Source: the human T2T-CHM13v2.0 reference genome, Homo sapiens. From it: a stretch of 64,000 bases of DNA. Shown here piece after piece: positions 28,627 to 44,046 of this stretch. A model generated the notes under the pieces. That model was not told where the DNA came from. It was given only the letters and a program-made list of their open reading frames with translations, and did not search any database. A program made the position numbers and the translations under genes. Location: the NCBI RefSeq assembly GCF_009914755.1, contig NC_060930.1; one strand, given 5' to 3'. Within the stretch, counting starts at the first letter, position 1; every line of letters begins with the position of its first letter.

Positions 28627-31099
28627 AGCTTAGAAATGACCCTGTAGAGGAAACATAAAGAAAACTTACAGAGCCTAAATGGTCAGCCCACGAACTCCCG
28701 CCACAGTGGCCCAGAAAGCCATGGCTGCGTGGTATGCGGCCATCAGTGTAGCTTCTGCAGGCTTTTCCATTCCTGTTAGAAGAGTTCTCTCTCACATGGA
28801 TGGACAACAGCACACTTCTATAGTTGTCTCCTTCAGTTTTAATATGATCCCAAATGACTCATACCATCTAGACAACACATGGAACATCAATTGTCCTACT
28901 CTATTAATGACATCCTGCTATTTGGAGAACATTAACAAGAAACAAGCACTACGTTGGCGGCCATGGTGTGAAATCAACCCTGTGCAGTGACAGGAGCCAT
29001 TAGGGACATTAGGGAAAGTTTAGAGGTCCAAGTCTTGGGGCCTGGAAGTGCACACCTTCCAATATAAATAGTCCATCTTACCCATCCTGCAACTGGCAGT
29101 GAAGCATAGACAGCTGCAGATGCGGTGGGTCCAGAGTTTTGGTTCCCACAGAGTGAAGTGTATCTTCCTAGGGACACAGGAAGAGTCCTACTGAAAACTA
29201 AGCTACAGCTGCACCAGGCCACCTCAACCTCCTTGAACTGAGGATGTCTACCTTTAATAAAAAATAGGAGAAATTGGCACCAGGTAACAGTGGGTTACCG
29301 GAGAGTGAGCAGTGAAGGGACTAGCATTGGAAGTGAAGACAGAGACTCATGTAACTCCCTTGAAGAAACGCCACTGCCCAGACGCAGGTGTGGAATGCAA
29401 CCGGGGAAGCTGGAATGTTGTGTGTGTTTCTGCATGTCCTCTTCGGAAAAGAAAGAAATTTACAAGTTACAGGGAGTCAAAAATGATAAATGAGTCATTC
29501 AGGAATTCTGATTGTCTATTACTATACATACACGGTCAACTTGGATATATACCTATATACAGATATAGATAAATGATAGATACAGATATCAATATTTGAA
29601 TGTATGTGCTAAGATACACAGATGAAGATATAGAAAAGTATATATGCTGCCTTTATACACACACACGCACATACACAGATAATGTTATAAAGACGGTGTA
29701 TATGTGCATTTCACATAGAATTATCAGTCACCTGGAATTCTTGATACAGCTGTGAGCTAAGATTGCTCCTCTCCTATTAAGATATTCCTTGTAGTTTTGG
29801 AAAGTTAGGTGAGGAATAAACATGACACCAATAAAAAGTTATTAGATTAATCACCTAAGGAAAGGAGTAAAAATCTTTTCATGGCTAGAAGGTCTACATC
29901 ATTAACTTCCTAAATGCTAAATCAAAGAGGAGGGGAAAGCTAGTGTTTATGGGCACCTACTTCGGGTTAGGTGGCTTGCTAGGAACTTCGCAGACTTCCT
30001 TTCATTTCATCCTCGTAAAATAAACTGCCCCTCCCCTACCGTCCATCCTGTTCTCTCCGCACCTCCGTCCCCTCCAGCTGGGAAGTTCCTTGCGTAGCCT
30101 AGGATTCTTCTAGTTCCTGTACACCTAGATGCATGCTCTTTGCCATCTAGTCTCACGGTAATACTCACCTTCATATTCAAAGCCAAATCACAAATTCCTA
30201 GGTCCAGTTCAAGACTAAAGATCTCCAAGGAACTTTCTCTGGAGCCTAACACCTCACTGCCTCTTCCCTTTTTCTTTACCTTTCTTCAATAGTTATTTAA
30301 AAAGTTCATCTGTAATGTACTTCAATACTGGCCTGACTTTTGTTTAAAGTGTTTCATATACTCCTTCCTTAGCTATCAACATTAAATGAAAAGTCATGAA
30401 ATTGTAGAGACCCTACTTGCTTAACCCTTTCATGACCCATGCCTCATCAAATACAATGCTGAGCACCTGATCGTTTTGTAATCAAGAGTTATTGATTATT
30501 CTAGTGGATAAATGAATGGGTCACTATTTTTGTAGTTTCTCATACTTTTATAATTTCTCTGCTCTCATTCACATGTTGTTCACTAAATTTCTTATTGAAC
30601 ATCTACTTTGACTAAAGTAGGCACTTAGTAAATGCATGTGGACTACAGCACCCAGTGAGTGGATAAATACCTTATAGTTATACTTGGCTTACACAATCAC
30701 AGGGCGTAGTTGAGAGACATAAGATTACCATGGAACAAGTATTACAAGGAAGTATCTGTAATCCCCAAACTCTGGGAGCCCGAAAGTTAGGAAAAGAGAA
30801 TTATTGAGTCAGGATGGATCCATTAGGGAACTTGAATTGAATTTAAAGAAACGGGAGGATTGATGTTTGGTCACTGGAAAGAAATGTTGTTTCTAAGCAG
30901 GAAGGAATCACAGACATGCAAGTATGCTTGGAACAGAAGAGCAATCAGGTGGGCTGATCAAAAAGATGTATCAGGAAAATGGTGGGGGACAAGATGAAAA
31001 GAGTTGAGAACAGAGGAGATTCTGGCCAGGGATCAGGGTTGACTCTAGGAGACACACCTAGCATAAGGCCTCTAGACTGTGGGATTCACTGAAGGTTTC

Positions 31100-31459
31100 T
31101 GCTATGGTCTGAATGTTTGTGTTCCCCAAAATTCGTATGTTAAAATCCTTATCTCCAAAATGATGGTGTTAGAACACGGGGTCTTTAGGAAGTGAATGGT
31201 GTGAGAGAAGAGCCCTCATGAATAAAATGAGTGCCCTTTTAAAGAGACCCCGGAAAGCTCCCACACACGTTCCACCATATGAGGACACAGTGAGAAGCCA
31301 CCGTCTATGAACCAGGAAGTGGGGATCTCACCAGACACTGGATCTGCCAGTGCTTTGATCTAGGACTTCCCAGTCTCCGGAACCGTGAGAAATAAATTCC
31401 TGTTGTTTATAAGCCACCAGTTTATGGGATTTTGTTATAGCAGCCAGAATGTACTAAGA
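31100..31459 (+). mobile_element. MaLR LTR (MLT1A-like) inside an L2 remnant
   Basis: tgctatggtctgaatgtttgtgttccccaaaattcgtatg...tttgttatagcagcc. Confidence 0.8.
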
Positions 31460-32453
31460 GAGTTTTTAAACATGGGAAGGGAATGATGTTTTAGTAAGTT
31501 TAGCTCCGACAGAAGTATGGAGGGAAAGCTGGAAGTAGTGAGAACTACTTGAGGTCATTTTGATAATTTAGACATGAGTTACTAAGAACTGGACTATGAT
31601 GTGCAAATGGCTCTGGGAGTGGAAATGAGAAGAAGAACGGGTGACATTTCAGAGCAGGACCCGCCAGGACTTATCCTCTCATGGGCCTTTTGTTCCTCCT
31701 GACATTCCTGTGTGCCCTTTGCTCTAATTATCTACATATAAATGTTAATTGATCGATCCAGAGATGATTTCACCCCAATGGGCCAGGTTAAAGAGCGGTA
31801 AATTAAAGGTTAAGTAAAGTTCTCAATTATATATAAAAAGACTTATAAATGCTTTCCTTGACAATGCCAAAGAGTTATTTGTAACCAATGATTTCTCTGT
31901 TTTGATAAAAAGCGACCCTTTGTTTGCAGAATATTTAAGCACAATTGAAGGAGTTTGAGTTACAAATAATGTGGCAAGTCATTCACATACATTAAAAAAG
32001 TAGAATATGGTTACACAGTGTTCCAAATATTTAAATTCTTGTAAAGTTAGTATTCTAGCATCTACAAAAATAGCATGCGAGTTTTTATGTTTATCTAGAA
32101 AAATGTGCAATTTACTCTGCTGTCCACCTTGTTTGTTCTCTCTCATTTGCCCTCCTTCACACACTCTCTGGCAAAATCTGTCTGTTTCTCTTTCTCTCCA
32201 TTTGCCTGATTCTTTCCCATGTGTACATCTTCATTTATACTCATTAAGAGAGAGGCTGTGGATGAAATGTGACATATATCGAAAGCAATGTGCCAGATAT
32301 TTCAAGCTATGCAAAGATGAGGAAGCAAATCTAAGCTCTCAAGGACATATAAATCCAGTAGAGTGGGCAGGAGAGGGAAACAAATACTTACTATACAGGA
32401 CAGAATATTTTAAGTCATGTTAGAGAGATAGGATATATTGCCACGCTCACGCT

Positions 32454-32944
32454 CTGGGGTAAGCAGCCTTCAAGATGTTCTCCAGTGAGCTCCACCTCCT
32501 CTGTAGTTCCTCTCCACATTGAATGGATTGACTCACATGCAATAGGAAAAGTGCAGAAACGGCAATGTGTGACTTCCAAGAGTAGGTCAGAAAAGACACC
32601 GCAGCCTCTGTCTGTGCTCTTACAGATCACTTGCTCTGAGGAAAGCGAGCAGCCATGTTGGGAGGACACTCAAGCAGTACTATGGTGAAGTCCATGTAGC
32701 AAGAAACTGGGGCCTTCTAACAACAGCTGGCATCTACTTGGCAGCCAGTTGGCAAGCCCTAGGATGACTGAAGCCCTGGCTGATATTTTGACTATAACTG
32801 CATGAGATACCCTGAGCAAGAACTATCCAGCTAACTTGCTCCCAAATTCCTGACCTGCTGAAACTGTGAGAGGCAATGTTTATTATTTTCTTCAGCCACT
32901 AAGTTATGGGATACTTTGTTATTCAGCAATATCTAACTAATTCA
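32454..32944 (+). mobile_element. MaLR LTR (MLT1F-like)
   Basis: gcagccttcaagatg...gccactaagttatgggatactttgttattcagcaatatctaactaattca. Confidence 0.7.
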
Positions 32945-35553
32945 GGTTCAGAGGAGGAGGAGGTCATATATAGGTTGAAGACCAGAAAAGAATTCATGAA
33001 TGTAGGGGCATTTGAAAAACGGTCAGGATTCCAGTGCATAAAGATGCAGACAACACCTGAGGTCAAGAGAAAAGAATGGAGCTGTGAAAGCACAGAGCAG
33101 GAAAAGAGAATGCTCAGTTATCAAGAGTGGCTGGTTTCTTCATTCTCCCCAGTGGAAAGCAAAGTTATTACATATGTATGAAGAGCAGCAGCATCTGAAA
33201 TGCAATGAAAAGCAGCACAAGTTAAAATAAAAATATTACGTGCAAAATCCTTGAGGAAATAAAAACTAAATTTCCTCACTTGAGGGAGAGAGTCTTGCAA
33301 TTTAGCTAACACTTGACCCTTGAAAATTCACACATTGTTTCCACTGTTCTTAGTTTGTGCAATAGTAACACAGAAGTCATGCCCCAGTTAGCAATCTTTC
33401 AAAGCTCTCTGCAAACTCCACACATGGAGAACTATGACTCCTGGGCATTTAACACAGTATTTGATTAGATAAAAGTAATTAAAAGAGGAAAGCTACACCA
33501 TTAAAAAACATGAATTTATCTTCTTAACGACTGTCACTTTAAGCCCCTTTTAGTTAGAGATGGCTTATAAACAAGAAATAAATGACTGAAATCTCAGAGA
33601 CCAAATGCATTTTAATTTGATCTATATTTGGCAAAATTACATACTAATTGCCAAAGTGCACACCTGACAAAGAAGTAACCGGCACAGCGCCTGCCCACAA
33701 CAATGCCAGAGAGAGCATTTCAGCCCACGTGGGTCGTATGAGTTCATTATTTGAATTAGCCAAGTGAGCAACCCCCCTCACTGGAGAGGAGCCTGCTCCG
33801 AGATACTAATTGATAGACTCAACTTTTAGAAATTAACATAAGCTTCAACAGTTGAATGATCTTCAAAATTCCTTCCAGCAGCCAAGTCTAAAATCCTGAA
33901 ATCAGTTCAGTTGTCCATTGGCCTGCTTAGAATCACAGTCCTATTAAGGCACTGGCAGATCCTGAATCAGCTCACTAACTACCCCTTCTGGTTTTTCTTG
34001 CCTCCTCTGCTCATGTTCTCCCTGTTTTATCCAGTCCACTCTGCTGCATGGAAGAGGGTTTACTTTGGTTCTGTAAGCTTATTTGCAGAAGTCCCAATAT
34101 TTCAGCATATACAACGTAGCCAAGGTAAAATTCATTTATGTCTACATTTTTGAATCACTTTTATTCACCCATTCTGCCAACACAGTGGACCGGCCACTAG
34201 ATGCCAGGCAGTGTCATGTCACATCCTATAAAAGTGAACAAGAATGTTCCATCTCCTCAGGAGGTCACAGTCTATAGAGTTGAAGACAAATAATTAATTA
34301 TTCATAGTGTGGTAAGCACTACCATAAGGATGAATTTGGAGACACCTAGCCTATCTCTGGGGTTGGAGGAAGGGCTCCCAAGATAGCTCATGGCTCAGTG
34401 CATCCAGTCTATATAGTGAGAAGAGGCTGAACAAACTAAATGGCTTTTCCTGTTTATAAAGGTTTTTAACAAATTACTACATAAAATAATATTGTAAATA
34501 TGTTACAAAGGATTATGAAAATATAAATTCTCTATCTCCTTTCCTAAGAGTTCCCTTCTCCTCTTAAATTCTCATCCAGTAAGTCAACATCCCATCTGGG
34601 GTATTCAATATTGTTAAATTCAAGAGACTTTCTAACCTCGGTGTTTGTTTCCAAGTTTGACTCTGCTGCTATCTGCCCTCGGCACTCTGTGGACCCTCCT
34701 GTCAGGCACGTTCCCTTTCACTCCTGGGCAACGACTTGATTTTATGCATCTCGTGGCATTGGCTTGTGTCTACCTGGAATTTTTTTATTTAAAAGTTCCC
34801 TATCAAATTAATTATGTTCCCATTGATAGGTTAACTCATTTTATTTACTGTCATGAAAGGAAATAGAAAAGTTTCAAGTAACAGCCACTTTTTCTGTTGC
34901 AGACATACTCCCTTCAATATATACCTGCTGAGGTTGAGAGTCTGCAACACAGGTGCTATAAAAATAATTGAGTCAAGATTTAGGAGTGGCCACGGTGCAG
35001 TGTGCCCCAGAGCAATGGATTAGGTCTCATGAGTGTTGGCGGAGTCTGAATTCTCACGAGCGTCTGTCTGGCCAAGACCTACATCAGCACCGAGGCTGTC
35101 TCCATCCCCTCTTCCCTCCCTGGACCCCCTGTCTGATCCCAGCAGCTCACCCCAGCAACACTGTTCTAAAGAGGCTTCCATCCTGACAGTTCTTGGCCCC
35201 AAAATATGAACTAGTTTCGCAGTGCCCATGTATTAAGGCCTCAGGTTTTTCTTCTATCTTTTGGAGCCTCCATAAGCTGGATTCACCCTATGGAATGTCT
35301 TTCCCTCTTTCCCATTCACGAATCCCTCTGTTTCTCTCAAGTCAGTCTCTTTGCTGCTTTCTTCCTTATGCTCCCATCCCTACAGGCAAGACTCCTCCTC
35401 TTAGTCCTTATTCCCCCCAAAACTACAAGGTTCAGCTGAGGCGCAACCTCCCCCATAAGCTTTTTCAATAAAACTCCAGATAACATCGATGTGCTATTCA
35501 CTGTCTAATTTCTTGTAATGTTTACATTTAGAAAGTATTGCTTTTATATTTAA

Positions 35554-35851
<298 letters not shown>

Positions 35852-35886
35852 TAACTTAGTATTATTACATGTTATTTGTATTACTG

Positions 35887-36201
<315 letters not shown>

Positions 36202-37899
36202 TCCTTTGTATTGTTTTCTACCTGCTTTATGAACCTGCACCAGGTCTCTCCAACTCAAATTCAACATATACTAATTGGAAGGCTACTATGCACCGGTCCC
36301 TGCACTAGACCTGAGAGGGGGATGCAGCTGTTGCTCTCAGGAAGTCTGTCTGATGATGAGAAAACTCAGTCAGGGACACCTTGGAAGATCTAGTAAGAGG
36401 CGACTCAGTCCAATGTTGGTCAGGCACAGGATATTTCCTGAAAGAAGGAAAATACAAACTAAGGCCGAAAAAGCAAAAATGAGTTAGCCTGACCAAGAAA
36501 CTATAGGGAAGTGGGAAAAAGATGTGAAAACACTTCAGATGGAGTAAAATTAGGTAAGATCAGGGAACCATGCTGTATACGGTATTTTCATACTGTCTTC
36601 TCAGGCTTTATTAAAGTCCCAAATTCTTCCAGAAATTAAAAATTATATTAAAATATAATGATAATGCTTCTATAAGCCACATACATAAATCTGCGTTTTA
36701 GGTTTATATAATATCCCAAGTGTGGTTGAATTGGGTTCCATTGTTTACAACATTTTGAGCCATTGACAATAAACTGGCTACGCAAAATAGAAATACAAAG
36801 CCACGATTACAAGATGGAATTAATGTATTATTAATTTTCTCCAGATGATTTCAGTCCTGGAAGATACCCATTTGCCTTTAGTCTAATTTGTGTATTGCAT
36901 TTCTAAATATAATTACTGTTGACAGGTTGAACCCAAACATAACCCATTAACTTCTCAAAGTGCTAGATTGAAAACATTACAATGTAACAAGAGATATTAG
37001 AAATAAAAAAATTAACTTCTGTTCTTTTTAAAAAGTAAGTTAAAAGCAAAGATGTCAGTCCTGTTTTGTAGTAATTTGTTAGAATGATTTGGTTTACCCT
37101 AGCTTTCTTGCCGAGGCTTTTATACTAGAAAACAGACACTGACATGTAATTGTAAATAGTGGATAAATCATAATGAAATAATTGTTGCATGTAAAAAGAA
37201 AAGAAAAGAAACTAAAAATTCCAAAGGGTATTTGGCCCATGGGAGAAAAACGCAGCTCATAAAAAATTATCACGATACTTTCCTATCCCCCAGTTAATGG
37301 AGTTATGTTTTTTCAAGGATGCTCAAAATTACGTTTATAATAGTCCAAGTTCTTCAGACTCTAATTTCAGGTCACATTCTATTCAGACTGTCGATATGTA
37401 TAACTAAAAAAAGCTCAAGCCAGATTTAACATAAAATAGTTTCTGGGTCATATCATTTGCACAGAGCTGTTATGTGGCACAACTATTTAGCTGTTGGAGA
37501 TGCCATCTGTAATACATACTAACTCATGCACATATCTTGTCTTTGTTTTTGCCTCTGTGCAAAACAGCTAGAAGCAGATAATGCCCAGATCCACTGCAAA
37601 AGCATTCTGCTAAATTGAGAAAGATATGAAGACAGATCTTGTTTGGATAAGAACCCCACTGTGAAATAAATTGTTCTGGTGTATCCCCAAACCTCATGAC
37701 AGGAAGAATTAATGTGCTAAGAATCAGTCCAGTGGCCATAAATGTTAGAAGCTATTTAACATAAGAAATTATTTCAGACACAGAGTGGTTTTAAAAAGAT
37801 ACATCTTTTGCTGTTGACTCACCAAAACCCTGCACAAACAATTGTGTACCGGTTTTTCATTCATTCTTAAAATGAATGAATGTAATCGTATGCTGGGTC

Positions 37900-38233
37900 T
37901 TTTCTTTTCTTTTTATTCTTTCTTTCTTTCTGTTTTTTTGAGACAGAGTCTCACTCGGTCACCCAGGCTGGAGTGCAGTGGCACGATCTTGGCTCTACAA
38001 CCTCCGGCTCACTGCAACCTCTGCCTCCTGGGTTCAAGTGATTCTTGTGCCTCAGCCCCCTACGTAGCTGGGACTATAGGCACACACCACCACATCTGGC
38101 TAATTTGTGTATTTTTAGTAGATGGGGTTTCGCCATGTTGGCCAGGCTGGTCTCAAGCTCCTGACCTCAAGTGATCCACCTGCCTCAGCCTCCCAAACTG
38201 CTGGGATTTAAAGGCAAGAGCTACTGTGCCCAG
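37900..38233 (-). mobile_element. AluS with a small internal duplication
   Basis: Alu body containing ggctctacaacctccggctcactgcaacctc. Confidence 0.9.
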
Positions 38234-38589
38234 TGGGCCTTTTATTTCTTTTATTAGAGGAATATTTAAAAATCAGGTTGTCTGAAGTAGAGTGGTTTGA
38301 AATGAGGAGTCTGCCGAAAAGATTGTAGACATCTTAAAACAGTTCAACAATGAAAATGTCTCAACATGAGAAGGTACTGTGAAATTTCTAAGGTATCATT
38401 AGATGAGTTCAGCATTAAAATATTGACATAAGAATTTCTGGCATATAGTAGATAAAATTATTTTCCCAACTTAGTTGTTTTTGCTTGTTTTACGTGTATC
38501 CAGAAAAGGATTGTATACCATCCCAAAGTATTTTCCAAAATATAATAAAAATCAATATGGCATAACAATACAAATCAAAATGAATTCAG

Positions 38590-39094
<505 letters not shown>

Positions 39095-39664
39095 TCAGCA
39101 GGTTAGATGGGACCATCTCCAGAGACTTTCTGGATATAGAGGTATTGCCATCTTCAATTTATATGATCACAACATTTCTTTTTTATCGAAAGCTTGTAGG
39201 ACTTAATCCTCACTTGAAAGCACATACAAAGCCTATTCATATTTTGGATTTCACCTTTCTTGAATTAATGCATATGCTGCAAGCAAGGGTGAGAAACTGG
39301 AGATTTCTAGAGATTTTACTCCCTGGGAGACTTATGAGAGGGAGATCTTGATCCAGAGTATTCCAGGAAGATCAGAAAAGATGTTTTGGTGTTAAAAACA
39401 AAAAAGGCCACAAAATATTACATATAGCTTTTAGTTTTAAGGCTCCTTTGTTCTTTTTTCAACTAAGTCAGCTGATCACCAGGGCCAGGCACGCTTACAT
39501 GGAAGAAGAGCCTGTGCAGACAGGCTCCCTGGGTCAGCCTGGGCCTCCCTGGGTCAGGCGCCCCTCCACTGTGCTCGGGGCTCCCCCACACACTGCCCTC
39601 ACCCTTTTCATCACAGGTCCCCAGGGTACTCACCCACTGGCTTCAATGTCTATGTTCTCGCCAG

Positions 39665-39860
39665 ACTAGAGGCCAGAAAACTGGGATTTGGCCCTCAGAC
39701 TGCTTTTGCCAATAAAGTTTTATTGGAAGCCAGCCATTTTACATATTACTCGTGGCTGCTTTTGTGCCATAATAGCAGCATTCACTAGCTGTGACAGGTC
39801 CTAGATGGGCCACCAAGCCTAAGTTACTTCCTATTTGGCCCTTATCAGGACATGTTTGCT
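39665..39860. mobile_element. MER58-like hAT element
   Basis: aataaagttttattggaa.ccagcc...ctatttggccctt, following the MER58A pattern. Confidence 0.65.
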
Positions 39861-42800
39861 TATTCCTGTTCGAGGCTGTTGACTCCACAAACACAGGGCT
39901 ATCTTTCTGTATTCCCAATGCCTGGCCTGTGGCTGGTGTTTGGTCAATGTTTATGTTCTCAGTGACTGACAGTTTGACTCAAGGAATGAATGACTATCAA
40001 GGAACAGGGACAAAAGCGAGGCAAACAACAATTTTTGCAGTGTCCAGAGGTCTGCAGTAGATGACTGGTTTTGAGCTAAGCCATTCAACTGCTGTCAAAA
40101 GCTGAAAACACCATCTCCCCCCATCTGCCAGAGTTAGGCTCATCCGTTCAGAGAGCTGAGTCCAGTTTGGAGAGCACCCAATACTTGCGACTTCCACATA
40201 ATGGAAAGGAAAAGGCACAAGAACTTTGAAGAGGGCAAATAGGACAAAGAACATATTGATTCCCTTATTGAACAAAAATGTACTGCATGCCTACTATGGG
40301 CCAGGCACTTAGCATTCAGGATGTCATTGTCTCTTCAGATTGGAAGGGATAGGTATTAAGCAAACAAGTAAAAACTAGCAATGAAAAGTGACAGCAAGGA
40401 AATGCCATGGGATCATGTGATAGTGCTGGTGCACTGCCCATGCTGGGTGGCCTGGGAAGGCCTGGGGATGGGACATTTGCATTGCCATCTCAATGACAAG
40501 CCATGTGCAGGTCTGGCGTAAGAGGGTTTGCAGGGAAGGAGCAAGTGGAAAGGCACTTAGGTAGGAATGCTGGGCATTTGTGAAGAATTAATCAGGGGGT
40601 TAGTGTTTTGGGGACACAGTTACCAAGGAGGCAGTGGAGCAAGATGAGGTCTGAGGAGATGAAGGAAGCCACATGGGGCCTTTAAGACATACTCAGGAAT
40701 TCAGCGCTTGGACAATGGCAAGTCAGGACAAAATTTTAAGTAGGGATGCAACATAATACCATTTATGTTTTAAAAAATCACTCTAACTTGAGGTAACGAA
40801 TGGACTGGAGCAGGGCTACAAAGGAAGGGAGATGCATGGACATGGTGAAAGCCATCCAAGTAAGAAAAGAGAGTGCCGTGGATCAAGCAGTGGAGAGGGA
40901 GAGGCAACGACAGGTAGACAATATGTTTGGGGCAATCGAGTGCTTGATGTCTCCTACCTAGCTTTGCTTTCCTACTACCATTTGCAGATTTCTCGCTTTT
41001 TAGGAAATCTCAGAATCATGCCCCAACATCCATGGGTTCATGGTTCTAAAAGTCACACCTTTCATATTACTTTAAATGGAAATGAACCCTTTCTGGTTCT
41101 AAGCAAATTTAAAATCTTTGCTTAGAGCCCAGATTAAATGATAATGAGCCTGGTAACAAAATACTATATTAATACAGTTTTAAAACTATAGCTCCCTTTA
41201 AAAAACATCCACTGGATTGACTGATCCCCTCTACCATGCCCAGTGCTGGGCACAGAGCAGTGGGCATGGGATGCATGGGCTCTGCTCCCACTGATGACCT
41301 GTTGTGGGCAGTGTCTGGCCTATGAAGCCCCGTGAGGCTGTTGGGGGACCATAGCTGGTATCTTCAACAGGGGAGTGACGGCACTGGGGGACAAAAGTGG
41401 GAGGTGTCAGATATTTAGGAACTAAAATTGTCAAGATTCAGAGACTCATTAACCAGAGTCAGAAAGGGGATTCAGGCACAATGTCTGGTGACTCTTCTCA
41501 TCATTTAGTGAATGCTTCTAATGTGCCATGTTTCCTGCTAAGTGCTTTCTCGGCATCACTATTTTAATCTGCAGAATGATCTGCAGAATGATTCTGGAGG
41601 GCAGGGCCCACTCCTGTGTTTTCTCTGCAATCTCACTGCCTAATGCTGGGCCTGTACCTAGGAGGAGCTCCAAAAATAGTGGCTTAATGCATGAATGCAT
41701 GGCTCCCCCACCCCTCCCATGACAACAACAGTGAAATCCCTACCATAGAGAAGGACACGGGAGGAAACGGAGGCCTAGGGCGCTATCAAACACCCACTGT
41801 CCACAGCCCACCGGTGACGGAGCAGGCACCAGAGCCAGCGCTGCATAAGTTCCACCCACATTCCTCAATTCCGCATGCCAGGGCCCGGCCTCTGCGGATG
41901 CTACGGACATTTGCTGACACAGTACAGTGACTGGAGGAGCAGCAGGGCTGGAAACTGAGTCTTCTGGTTCTAGGCTTGCTGAGTTTGAGATGGCTTTGGG
42001 ATGTCCCAGCGAAGATGTGCAGAAGTCAGTTTAGTTCACGGTTCTTTCGGGAGAAAGATGGGGCTATAAAGGGCCTGGGGACCCATCCATGGAGAGATGG
42101 CAATCACAGCCATGGGAGCGGGTGGGGCCACCCCAAGGAAATGCTGAGATTACCGTGTGACTGATTTGATTACGGGGCTTTAACTTATTGAGCTATAAAC
42201 ATCGAACAGTGTCACGGTTTCTAAGACCTGCCTCTGTGCATCTGTCAAACACAGTGGGCAACAACCTAGAGTCCACGACTTTCAGCCACTTTTACCTGTG
42301 GCTGCTTTTCAGTTATGAAAATAATCGAACGGGCCTTAGATCAGCCGGTTTTAACCTTCCATCTCACACCTCACTGGAAGCTCTTTCTTCCCCACAGTCA
42401 AGACCAGGACCGGCTCCAGCTGCTTCAGATGTGAGGCGCAGGGAAGGCCTGTGCAACTGCGTGTGTCCAGGACTGGGCACCCCAGGTTTCGGGTGAACAA
42501 TGGGATGTAATGAAGGGACCCCTCTTTTTCTTGTCTCCCACTGGAATCTGCTTGCATACAAGCAGGTATTTCTGGTTTTCATTCCTTCATTCAACTAATG
42601 GTTGTGCTGAGGGTTAAACAACAGGCAAGGCAGAGAAAGTTTCTCCTCAAATTGAACTTGCAGATTCACAAGGAAGGTGACATACACAAACAAGGAATTC
42701 GTGCTAAATGAAGTGTTACCGAGAGTTGCAAGAATGGAGAGGAGTAGAGAAGACTAAGGAACAGGCTGACCTAAGCTAGTGTCAATCTCAGCAAAGGCTC

Positions 42801-43044
42801 ATTGGAGGAAGAGTCATTATTCTCCAAACAGCAACCAGAAGATGCTTTCAAAATCAAAGTTATAGCCTCTCACTCCTCTGCTCAGTCTCTGCAATGGCTC
42901 CCCCTGGTCATTCAGAAAAAGGTCCAAGTCCTAATGGTGACTTTAATCCATCCTCTAAGCCTGCCACACTGCCCCTTCTCTGTCCCTTAGCTCCTTCTCT
43001 TCTCCCACTCGCTGTGATCCAGGCTCAGTGAACTCTGTGACCCT

Positions 43045-43189
43045 CCCCACACAGGCCCCACATATGACACACACACACCCCACACAAGCCCCACATGACC
43101 CACACACGCCCCACACACACACCCCACATATGACCCACACACGCCCCCCACACACCCCACATATGACCCACACATGCCCCACACACACC
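43045..43189. repeat. C/A-rich minisatellite, ~33-bp unit, ~4.5 copies
   Basis: ccccacatatgacccacacacgccccacaca repeated with variation. Confidence 0.9.
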
Positions 43190-43549
43190 TGGCTCCCAGC
43201 CTTTCTCCGGCTCCTCCTGTGCGAGCGTGCTTCCCCAATGGTCACGTGGCTCACACCCTGCCCTCCTGCAGCTCTTCCAATGTCTCCTTTGCAACGAGCC
43301 CCTCTAACCACCACCTGCTCATGTAAAACGGTGGTGACCCCACCCTACATTCCCACATTCCCAATTCCCATGGCCTGTTTTAGTCTTTGTCTCCATAACA
43401 TCAATCACTTCCTATAGTAGATTTGCCTTCTTACTCGCAATGCCTCAACCCTCCCTGTTCCCCAGCCATTGACCTGACTTTGTCTTTCCTCAGTTAGAAG
43501 CTGCATATATTTCCCCATCCAGTTGATGGTGAGCTGAGCCACGTGGCTT

Positions 43550-44046
43550 TGTAGGGTGGCTGAATATGTCACCCCAAAATATGCCATTTTGGCCATATAA
43601 TTACTTAAAGCTAAAGGCCCTTGAAAAAAACAGGTGATGTGAGAAGGGTGTTCTGATCTCCCCTTTTATACCTGGAAACAGGAGATGAAAACTCCCATGT
43701 GAAAGACACCCTCCTTGCATGAGGAGAAAAACCACTCTTCAATTGGGACTTATAGCAGAGTGAATTCTGCACAAACAGCCCTCATTAGGGTATGTATGCC
43801 TTATCTTCCCTTAGCCTCCAAACACTTGAGTTACTTTTCCACAATTGCCTCTGCTGGTTCAACCCAACACAAAAGAATGCTGGTTTTGCCACTTCTTTGG
43901 GTCTTCATTTCCTAATGAGGGCTCCTGTGTCACATAACGCTTTTATTAAACTTGCATGCTTTCCTCCTGTTCATCTGTTTCCTGTCTATTTCATTCTCAG
44001 GCCCAGTTGGGACTCTGGGTAGAAGAAAAGCTTTGCCTCCCCTGCA
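43550..44046 (+). mobile_element. ERV1 solo LTR (MER34/MER39-like)
   Basis: tgtaggg...gaatatgtcaccccaaaatatgcc...cctcccctgca with a 4-bp TSD gctt on both sides. Confidence 0.8.

Noticed and set aside
42955-43417. Cys/Gly/Val-rich and His/Thr/Pro-rich ORFs resembling metallothionein or mucin
   Set aside because: Artefacts of the C/A minisatellite; the same applies to ORFs over 18412-18594 and 47762-48167.
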